64,000 bases of DNA from Eledone cirrhosa (Eukaryota). The notes under the pieces are model-generated. The model was not told the origin of the DNA, searched no databases, and worked only from the letters and a program-made list of their open reading frames with translations. This document shows, piece after piece, positions 28,801 through 41,179 of this stretch (its first letter is position 1; the number at the start of each line of letters is the position of its first letter). Location of the stretch: the NCBI GenBank assembly GCA_964016885.1, contig OZ024740.1, forward strand, positions 318,866,001 to 318,930,000, written 5' to 3'. The translations under genes were made by a program, and so were the position numbers.

Positions 28801-31800
28801 TCTACCAATTCGCTGTCTTTCTACTACAATACTAACTTCACATTATTCTGGATTGTCTCGTCTATTTCCACAAATTACATTCTATCTGACATTCTAACGA
28901 CTCTACCAATTCGCTGTATTTCTACTACAGTACTCACAACAAATAATCCAGCATTGTCTCGTCTATTTCCACAACTCACATTCTATCTGACATTCTAACG
29001 ACTCTACCAATTCAAAGTCTTTCTAATACAATACTCACAACAAATAATCCAGGAATGTCTCGTCTATTTCCACAACTTACATTCTATCTGACATTTAAAC
29101 GCCTCTATCAATTCGAAGTCTTTCTACTACAATACTAACTTCAAATAATCCAGGATTGTCTCGTCTATTTCCACAACTTACATTCTATCTGACATTCTAA
29201 CGACTCTACCAATTCGCTGTATTTCTACTACAATACTAACAAAAATAATCTATGATTGTCTCGTTTAATTCCACAACTTACATCTTATCTGACATTCTAA
29301 CGACTCTACCAATTCGCTGTCTTTCTACTACAATACTCACAACAAATAATCCAGGATTGTCTCGTCTATTTTCACAACTTACATTCTATATGACATTCTA
29401 ACGACTCTACCAATTCGAAGTCTTTCTACTACAATACTCACAAGAAATAATCCAGGATTGTCTGGTCTATTTCCACAACTTACATTCTATCTGACATCCT
29501 AACGACTCTACCAATTCGAAGTATTTCTACTACAATACTCACGACAAATAATCCAGGATTGTCTCGTCTAATTCCACACATTACATTCTATCTGACATTC
29601 TAACGAATCTACCAATTCGCTGTATTTCTACTACAATACTAACTTCAAATTATCCATGATTGTCTCATCTATTTCCACAACTTACATTCTATCTGATATT
29701 CTAACGACTCTACCAATTCGAAGTCTTTCTACTACAATACTAACTTCAAATAATCCAGAATTGTCTCGTCTATTTCCACAACATACATTCCATCTGACAT
29801 TCTAACGACTCTACCAATTCGAAGTCTTTCTACTACAATACTAACAACAAATAATCTAGGATTGTCTCGTCTATTTCCACAATTTACATTCTATCTGACA
29901 TTCTAACGACTCTACCAATTCGAAGCCTTTCTACTACATTACAAACTTTAAATAATCCAGGATTGTCTCGTCTATTTTCACAACTTACATTCTATCTGAC
30001 ATTCTAACGACTCTACCAATTCGCTGTCTTTCTAATACAATACTCACAACAAAAAATCCAGGACGGTATCGTCTATTTCCACAACTTACATTCTATCTGA
30101 CATTCTAACGACTCTACCAATTCGAAGTCTTTCTACTACAATACTCACAACAAATAATCCAGTATCGTCTCGTCTATTTCCACAACTTACATTCTATCTG
30201 ACATACTATCGAATCTACCAATTCGCTGTATTTCTACTACAATACTAACTTCAAATTATCCAGGATTGTCTCGTCTATTTCCACAACTTACATTCTATCT
30301 GATATTCTAACGACTCTACCAATTCGAAGTTTTTCTACTACAATACTAACTTCAAATAATCCAGGATTGTCTCGTCTATTTCCACAACTTACATTCTATC
30401 TGACATTCTAACGACTCTACCAATTCGCTGTCTTTCTACTACAGTACTTACAACAGACAATCCAGGATTGTCTCGTCTATTTCCACAACATACATTCTAT
30501 CTGACATTCTAACGACTCTACCAATTCGCTGTATATCTACTACAATACTAACAACAAATAATCCAGGATTGTCTCGTCTATTTCCACAACTTACATTCTA
30601 TCTGACATTCTAACGACTCTACCAATTCGCTGTATTTCTACTACAGTACTCACAACAAATAATCCAGCATTGTCTCGTTTATTTCCACAACTCACGTTCT
30701 ATCTGACATTCTAACGACTCTACCAATTCGAAGTCTTTCTACTACAATACTCACAACAAATAATCCAGGAATGTCTCGTCTATTTCCACAACTTACATTC
30801 TATCTGACATTCAAACGACTCTATCAATTCGAAGTCTTTCTACTACAATACTAACTTCAAATAATCCAGGATTGTCTCGTCTATTTCCACAACTTACATT
30901 CTATCTGATATTCTAACGACTTTACCAATTCGAAGTTTTTCTACTACAATACTAACAACAAATAATCCAGGATTGTCTCGTCTATTTCCACAACTTACAT
31001 TCTATCTGACATTCTAAGGACTCTACCAAATCGAAGTCTTTCTACTACAATACTAACAACAAATAATCCAGCATTGTCTCGTCTATTTCCACAACTTACG
31101 TTCTATCTGACATTCTAAAGACTCTACCAATTCGAAATCTTTCTACTACAATACTCACGAGAAATAATCCAGGATTCTCTGGACTATTTCCACAACTTAC
31201 ATTCTATCTGACATCCTAACGACTATACCAATTCGCTGTCTTTCTACTACAATACTAACTTCACATTATCCAGGATTGTCTCGTCTATTTCCACAACTTA
31301 CATTCTATCTGATATTCTAACGACTCTACCAATTCGAAGTTTTTCTACTACAGTACTCACAACAAATAATCCAGCATTGTCTCGTTTATTTCCACAACTC
31401 ACGTTCTATCTGACATTCTAACCTCTCTACCAATTCGAAGTCTTTCTACTACAATACTCACAACAAATAATCCAGGAATGTCTCGTCTATTTCCACAACT
31501 TACATTCTATCTGACATTCAAACGACTCTATCAATTCGAAGTCTTTCTACTACAATACTAACTTCAAATAATCCAGGATTGTCTCCTCTATTTCCACAAC
31601 TTACATTCTATCTGATATTCTAACGACTCTACCAATTCGCTGTATTTCTACTACAGTACTCACAACAAATAATCCAGCATTGTCTCGTCTATTTCCACAA
31701 CTTACATTCTATCTGACATCCTAACGACTCTACCAATTCGCTGTCTTTCTACTACAATACTAACTACACATTATCCAGGATTGTCTCGTCTATTTCCACA

Positions 31801-33506
31801 ACTTACATTCTATCTGACATTCAAACGACTCTACCAATTCGCTGTATTTCTACTACAATACTAACAAAAATAATCTAGGATTGTATCGTCTAATTCCACA
31901 ACTTACATTCTATCTGACATTCTAACGACTCTACCAATTCGCTGTCTTTCTACTACAATACTCACAACAAATAATCCAGGATTGTCTCGTCTTTTTCCAC
32001 AACTTACATTCTATCTGACATTCTAACGACTCTACCAATTCGAAGTCTTTCTACTACAATACTAACTTCGAATAATCCAGGATTGTCTCGTCTATTTTCA
32101 CAACATACATTCTATATGACATTCTAACGACTCTACCAATTCGAAGTATTTCTACTACAATACTCACGACAAATAATCCAGGATTGTCTCGTCTAATTCC
32201 ACAGCTTACATTCTATCTGACATTCTAACGAATCTACCAATTCGCTGTCTTTCTACTACAATACTCACAACAAATAATCCAGGATTGTCTCGTCTTTTTC
32301 CACAACTTACATTCTATCTGACATTCTAACGACTCTACCAATTCGAAGTCTTTATACTACAATACTAACTTTAAATAATCCAGGATTGTCTCGTCTATTT
32401 TCACAACTTACTTCTATCTGACATTCTAACGACTCTACCAATTCGCTGTCTTTCTAATACAATACTCACAACGAATAATCCAGTATCGTCTCGTCTATTT
32501 CCACACCTTACATTCTATCTGACATACTAACGAATCTACCAATTCGCAGTATTTCTACTACAATACTAACTTCAAATTATCCAGGATTGTCTCGTCTATT
32601 TCCACAACTTGCATTCTATCTGATATTCTAACGACTCTACCAATTCGAAGTTTTTCTACTACAATACTCACAACAAATAACCCAGGATTGTCTCGTCTAT
32701 TTACACAACTTACATTCTATCTGACATTCTAACGACTCTCCCAATTCGCTGTCTTTCTACTACAATACTCACAACAAATAATCCAGGATTGTCTCGTCTA
32801 TTTCCACAACATACATTCTATCTGACATTCTAACGACTCTACCAATTCGCTGTATTTCTACTACAATACTCACAACAAATAATCCAGGATTGTCTCGTCT
32901 ATTTCCACAACTTACATTCTATCTGACATTCTAACGACTCTACCAAGTCGCTGTATTTCTAGTAGAGTACTCACGACAAACAATCCAGCATTGTCTCGTT
33001 TATTTCCACAACTCACATTCTATCTGACATTCTAACGACTCTACCAATTCGAAGTCTTTCTACTACAATACTAACTTCAAATAATCCAGGATTGTCTCGT
33101 CTATTTCCACAACTTACATTCTATCTGACATTCTAACGACTCTACCAATTCGAAGTCTTTATACTACAATACTAACTTCAAATAATCCAGAATTGTCTCG
33201 TCTATTTCCACAACTTACATTCTATCTGACATTCTAACGACTCTACCAATTCGCTGTCTTTCTACTACAGTACTCACAACAAATAATCCAGGATTGTCTC
33301 GTCTATTTCCACAACATACATTCTATCTGACATTCTAACGACTCTACCAATTCGCTGTCTTTCTACTACAATACTCACAACAAATAATCCAGGATTGTCT
33401 CGTCTATTTCCACAACTTACATTCTATCTGACATTCTAACGACTCTACCAATTCGCTGTATTTCTACTACAATACTCACAACAAATATCCAGCATTGTCT
33501 CGTTTA

Positions 33507-36500
33507 TTTCCACAACTTACATTCTATCTGACATTCAAACGACTCTATCAATTCGAAGTCTTTCTACTACAATACTAACTTCAAATAATCCAGGATTGTC
33601 TCGTCTATTTCCACAACTTACATTCTATCTGATATTCTAACGACTTTACCAATTCGAAGTTTTTCTACTACAATACTAACAACAAATAATCCAGGATTGT
33701 CTCGTCTATTTCCACAACTTACATTCTATCTGACATTCTAAGGACTCTACCAAATCGAAGTCTTTCTACTACAATACTAACAACAAATAATCTAGGATTG
33801 TCTCGTCTATTTCCACAACTTATATTCTATCTGACATTCTAACGACTCTACCAATTCGAAGTCTTTCTACTACAATACTCACGAGAAATAATCCAGGATT
33901 CTCTGGACTATTTCCACAACTTTCATTCTATCTGACATCCTAACGACTCTACCAATTCGCTGTATTTCTACTACAATACTAACTACACATTATCCAGGAT
34001 TGTCTCCTAATATTTCCACAACTTACATTCTATCTGACATTCTAAAGACTCTACCAATTCGCTGTATTTCTACTACAGTACTCACAACAAATAATCCAGC
34101 ATTGTCTCGTCTATTTCCACAACTCACATTCTACCTGACATTCTAACGACCCTACCAATTCGAAGTCTTTCTAATACAATACTCACAACAAATAATCCAG
34201 GAATGTCTCGTCTATTTCCACAACTTACATTCTATCTGACATTTAAACGCCTCTATCAATTCGAAGTCGTTCTACTACAATACTAACTTCAAATAATCCA
34301 GGATTGTCTCGTCTATTTCCACAACTTACATTCTATCTGACATTCTAACGACTCTACCAATTCGCTGTATTTCTACTACAATACTAACAAAAATAATCTA
34401 GGATTGTCTCGTCTAATTCCACAACTTACATTCTATCTGACATTCTAACGACTCTACCAATTCGCTGTCTTTCTACTACAATACTCACAACAAATAATCC
34501 AGGATTGTCTCGTCTTTTTCCACAACTTACATTCTATCTGACATTCTAACGACTCTACCAATTCGAAGTCTTTCTACTACAATACTAACTTCGAATAATC
34601 CAGGATTGTCTCGTCTATTTTCACAACTTACATTCTATATGACATTCTAACGACTCTACCAATTCGAAGTATTTCTACTACAATACTCACGACAAATAAT
34701 CCAGGATTGTCTCGTCTAATTCCACAGCTTACATTCTATCTGACATTCTAACGAATCTACCAATTCGCTGTCTTTCTACTACAATACTCACAACAAATAA
34801 TCCAGGATTGTCTCATCTTTTTCCACAACTTACATTCTATCTGACATTCTAACGACTCTACCAATTCGAAGTCTTTATACTACAATACTAACTTTAAATA
34901 ATCCAGGATTGTCTCGTCTATTTTCACAACTTACATTCTATCTGACATTCTAACGACTCTACCAATTCGCTGCCTTTCTAATACAATACTCACAACAAAT
35001 AATCCAGTATCGTCTCGTCTATTTCCACACCTTACATTCTATCTGACATACTAACGAATCTACCAATTCGCAGTATTTCTACTACAATACTAACTTCAAA
35101 TTATCCAGGATTGTCTCGTCTATTTCCACAACTTGCATTCTATCTGATATTCTAACGACTCTACCAATTCGAAGTCTTTCTACTACAATACTAACAACAA
35201 ATAATCTAGGATTGTCTCGTCTATTTCCACAATTTACATTCTATCTGATATTCTAACGACTCTACTAATTCGAAGCCTTTCTACTACATTACAAACTTTA
35301 AATAATCCAGGATTGTCTCGTCTATTTTCACAACTTACATTCTATCTGACATTCTAACGACTCTACCAATTCGAAGTTTTTCTACTACAATACTCACGAA
35401 AAAATAATCCAGGATTGTATCGTCTTTTTCCACAACTTACATTCTATCTGACATTCAAACGACTCTATCAATTCGAAGTCTTTCTACTACAATACTAACT
35501 TCAAATAATCCAGGATTGTCTCGTCTATTTCCACAACTTACATTCTATCTGATATTCTAACGACTTTACCAATTCGAAGTTTTTCTACTACAATACTAAC
35601 AACAAATAATCCAGGATTGTCTCGTCTATTTCCACAACTTACATTCTATCTGACATTCTAAGGACTCTACCAAATCGAAGTCTTTCTACTACAATACTAA
35701 CAACAAATAATCTAGGATTGTCTCGTCTATTTCCACAACTTATATTCTATCTGACATTCTAACGACTCTACCAATTCGAAGTCTTTCTACTACAATACTC
35801 ACGAGAAATAATCCAGGATTCTCTGGACTATTTCCACAACTTTCATTCTATCTGACATCCTAACGACTCTACCAATTCGCTGTATTTCTACTACAATACT
35901 AACTACACATTATCCAGGATTGTCTCCTAATATTTCCACAACTTACATTCTATCTGACATTCTAAAGACTCTACCAATTCGCTGTATTTCTACTACAGTA
36001 CTCACAACAAATAATCCAGCATTGTCTCGTCTATTTCCACAACTCACATTCTACCTGACATTCTAACGACCCTACCAATTCGAAGTCTTTCTAATACAAT
36101 ACTCACAACAAATAATCCAGGAATGTCTCGTCTATTTCCACAACTTACATTCTATCTGACATTTAAACGCCTCTATCAATTCGAAGTCGTTCTACTACAA
36201 TACTAACTTCAAATAATCCAGGATTGTCTCGTCTATTTCCACAACTTACATTCTATCTGACATTCTAACGACTCTACCAATTCGCTGTATTTCTACTACA
36301 ATACTAACAAAAATAATCTAGGATTGTCTCGTCTAATTCCACAACTTACATTCTATCTGACATTCTAACGACTCTACCAATTCGCTGTCTTTCTACTACA
36401 ATACTCACAACAAATAATCCAGGATTGTCTCGTCTTTTTCCACAACTTACATTCTATCTGACATTCTAACGACTCTACCAATTCGAAGTCTTTCTACTAC

Positions 36501-37342
36501 AATACTAACTTCGAATAATCCAGGATTGTCTCGTCTATTTTCACAACTTACATTCTATATGACATTCTAACGACTCTACCAATTCGAAGTATTTCTACTA
36601 CAATACTCACGACAAATAATCCAGGATTGTCTCGTCTAATTCCACAGCTTACATTCTATCTGACATTCTAACGAATCTACCAATTCGCTGTCTTTCTACT
36701 ACAATACTCACAACAAATAATCCAGGATTGTCTCATCTTTTTCCACAACTTACATTCTATCTGACATTCTAACGACTCTACCAATTCGAAGTCTTTATAC
36801 TACAATACTAACTTTAAATAATCCAGGATTGTCTCGTCTATTTTCACAACTTACATTCTATCTGACATTCTAACGACTCTACCAATTCGCTGCCTTTCTA
36901 ATACAATACTCACAACAAATAATCCAGTATCGTCTCGTCTATTTCCACACCTTACATTCTATCTGACATACTAACGAATCTACCAATTCGCAGTATTTCT
37001 ACTACAATACTAACTTCAAATTATCCAGGATTGTCTCGTCTATTTCCACAACTTGCATTCTATCTGATATTCTAACGACTCTACCAATTCGAAGTCTTTC
37101 TACTACAATACTAACAACAAATAATCTAGGATTGTCTCGTCTATTTCCACAATTTACATTCTATCTGATATTCTAACGACTCTACCAATTCGAAGCCTTT
37201 CTACTACATTACAAACTTTAAATAATCCAGGATTGTCTCGTCTATTTTCACAACTTACATTCTATGTGACATTCTAACGACTCTACCAATTCGAAGTTTT
37301 TCTACTACAATACTCACGAAAAAATAATCCAGGATTGTATCG
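33507..37342. repeat. Tandem duplication of a 19-monomer block (period 1920 bp), near-identical
   Basis: Printed lines 33541-35340 and 35461-37260 are almost identical, including the rare insertion CTCCTAATATTT and the variants GACCCTACC, GTCGTTC and ACTTGC. I noticed only about two mismatches. Confidence 0.95.
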
Positions 37343-40300
37343 GCTATTTCCACAACTTACATTCTATCTGACATTCTAACGACTCTACCAATTCGCTGTC
37401 TTTCTACTACAATACTAACAACAAATAATCTAGGATTGTCTCGTCTATTTCCACAACTTACATTCTATCTGACATTCTAACGACTCTACCAATTCGCTGT
37501 CTTTCTACTACAATACTAACTTCAATTAGTCCAGGATTGTCTCATCTATTTCCACAACTTACATTCTATCTGATATTCGAACGACTCTACCAATTCGAAG
37601 TCTTTCTACTACAATACTAACTTCAAATAATCCAGGATTGTCTCGTCTACTTCCACAAGTTACATTGTATCTGATATTCTAACGACTCTACCAATTCGAA
37701 GTCTTTCTACTACAATACTCACGACAAATAATCCAGGATTGTCTCCTCTATTTCCACAATTTACATTTTATCTGAAATTCTAACGACTCTACCAATTCGA
37801 TGTCTTTCTACTACAATACTCACAACAAATAATCCAGGATTGTATAGTCTATTTCCACACCTTACATTCTATCTGACATTCTATCGACTCTACCTATGCG
37901 CTGTATTTCTACTACAATACTCACAACAAATAATCCAGCATTGTCTCGTCTATATCCACAACTTACATTCTATCTGATATTCTAACGACTCTACCAATTC
38001 GAAGTCTTTCTACTACAATACTCACAACAAAGTTCCAGGATTGTCTCGTCTATTTCCACAACTTACATTCTATCTGGCATTCTAATGACTCTACCAATTC
38101 GCTGTCTTTCTACTACAATACTCACAACAAATAATCCATATTGTCTCGTCTATTTCCACAACTTACATTCTATCTGACATTCAAACGACTCTATCAATTC
38201 GAAGTCTTTCTACTACAATACTAACGTCAAATAATCCAGGATTGTCTCGTCTATTTCCACAACTTACTTTCTATCTGACATTCTAACGACTCTACCAATT
38301 CGAAGTCTTTCTACTACAATACTCACAACAAATATTCCAGGATTGTCTCGTCTATATCCACAACTTACATTCTATCTGACATTCTAACGACTCTACCAAT
38401 TCGAAGTCTTTCTACTACAATACTAACTTTAAATAATCCAGGATTGTCTCCTCTATTTCCACAACTTACATATTATCTGAAATTCTAACGACTCTACCAA
38501 TTCGATGTCTTTCTACTACAATACTCACAACAAATAATCCAGGATTGTATAGTCTATTTCTACAACTTACATTCTATCTGACATTCTAATGACTCTACCA
38601 ATTCGAATTCTTTCTGCTACAATACTCACAACAAATAATCCAGGATTGTCTCGTCTATTTCCACACCTTACATTCTATCTGACATTCTAACGACTCTACC
38701 TATTCGCTGTATTTCTACTACAATACTCACAACAAATAATCCAGCATTGTCTCGTCTATTTCCACAACTCACATTCTATCTGACATTCTAACGACTCTAT
38801 CAATTCGAAGTCTTTCTACTACAATACTAACGTCAAATAATCCAGGATCGTGTCGTCTATTTCCACAACTTACATTCTATCTGACATTCTAACGACTCTA
38901 CCAATTCGAAGTCTTTCTACTACAATACTAACAACAAATAATCTGGGATCGTCTCGACTATTTCCACAACATACATTCTATCTGACATTCTAACGACTCT
39001 ACCAATTCGAAGTTTTTCTACTACAATACTAACAACAAATAATCAAGGATTGTATCGTCTATTTCCACAACTTACATTCTATCTGACATTGTAACGAGTC
39101 TACCAATTCGCTGTGTTTCTACTACAATACTCACAACAAATAAACCAGGATTGTCTCGTCTATTTCCACAACTTACATTATATCTGACATACTAACGACT
39201 CTACGAGTTCGAAGTCTTTCTACTACAATACTAACTTTAAAATATCCAGGATTGTCTCCTCTATTTCCACAACTTACATTCTATCTGACATTCTAACGAC
39301 TCTACCAATTCGCTGTCTTTCTACTACAATACTAACTTCAAATAAACCAGGATTGTATCGGCTATTTCCACAACTTACATTCTATCTGACATTCTAACGA
39401 CTCTACCAATTCGCTGTCTTTCTACTACAATACTAACAACATATAATCTAGGATTGTCTCGTCTATTTCCACAACTTACAATCTATCTGATATTCGAACG
39501 ACTCTACCAATTCGAAGTCTTTCTGCTACAATACTAACAACAAATAATCTAGGATTGTCTCGTCTATTTCCACAACTTACATTCTATCTGACATTCTAAC
39601 GACTCTAACAATTCGAAGTCTTTCTACTACAATACTAACTTTAAACAATCCAGGATTGTCTCCTCTATTTCCACAACTTACATTCTATCTGACATTGAAA
39701 CGACTCTACCAATTCGATGTCTTTGTACTACAATACTCACAAAAAAATAATCCAGGATTGTATCGTCTTTTTCCACAACTTACATTCTATCTGACATTCT
39801 AACGACTCTACCAATTCGAAGTCTTTCTTTTACAATACTCACAACAAATAATCCAGGATTGTCTCGTCTATTTCCACAACTTACATTCTATCTGACATTC
39901 TAACGACTCTACGAATTCGCTGTCTTTCTACTACAATACTCACAACAAACAATCCAGGATTGTCTCGTCTATTTCTACAACTTACATTCTATGTGACATT
40001 AAAACGACTCTATCAATTCGAAGTCTTTCTACTACAATACTAACGTCAAATAATCCAGGATTGTCTCGTCTATTTCCACAACTTACGTTATATCTGACAT
40101 TCTAACGACTCTACCAATTCGAATTCTTTATATTACAATACTCACAACAAATAATCCACGACTGTCTCGTCTATTTCCACAACTTACATTCTATCTGACA
40201 TTCTAACGACTCTACCAATTCGATGTGTTTCTACTACAATACTCACGACAAATAATCCAGGATTGTGTCGTCTATTTCCACAACTTACATTCTATCTGAC

Positions 40301-41179
40301 ATTCTAACGACTCTACGAATTCGCTGTCTTTCTACTACAAGGCTCACAAAAAATAATCCACGACTGTCTCGTCTATTTCCACAACTTACATTCTATCTGA
40401 CATTCTAACGACTCTACCAATTCGAAATCTTTCTACTACAATACTCACAACAAACAATCCAGGATTGTCTCGTCTATTTCTACAACTTACATTCTATGTG
40501 ACATTCAAAAGACTCTATCAATTCGAAGTCTTTCTACAACAATACTAACGTAAAATAATCCAGGATTGTCTCGTCCATTTCCACAACTTACATTCTATCT
40601 GACATTCTAACGACTCTACCAATTCGAAGTCTTTCTACTACAATACTAACTTTAAATAATCCAGGATTGTCTCGTCTATATCCAGACCTTACATTCTATC
40701 TGACATTCTAACGACTCTACCAGTTCGCTGTATTTCAACTACAATACTACCTTCAAATAATCCAGGATTGTCTCGTCTATTTCCACAACTTACATTCTAT
40801 CTGATATTCTAACGACTCTACCCATTCGCTGTATTTCTACTACAATACTAACTTCAAATAATCCTGGATTGTCTCGTCTACTTCCACAACTTACATTCTA
40901 TGTGATATTCTAACGACTCTATCAATTCGATGTCTTTCTACTGCAATACTAACGTCAAATAATCCAGGATCGTCTCGTCTATTTCCACAACTTACATTCT
41001 ATCTGACATTCTAACGACTCTACCAATTCGAAGTCTTTCTACTACAATACTAACAACAAATAATCTGGGATTGTCTCGTCTATTTCCACAACATACATTC
41101 TATCTGACATTCTAACGACTCTACCAATTCGAAGTTTTTCTACTACAATACTCCCAACAAATAATCAAGGATTGTATCG

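Larger units (their letters stand above)
1..37342. repeat. Satellite sub-domain L (left variant library)
   Basis: Recurrent diagnostic variants: 100-bp unit ACTAACAAAAATAATCTAGG, GGATGGTATCG, CACGAGAAATAATCCAGGATTCTCTGGACT, CACATTATCC, CCAGTATCG, ATTTAAACGCC. These were not seen right of ~37.3 kb. Confidence 0.85.
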
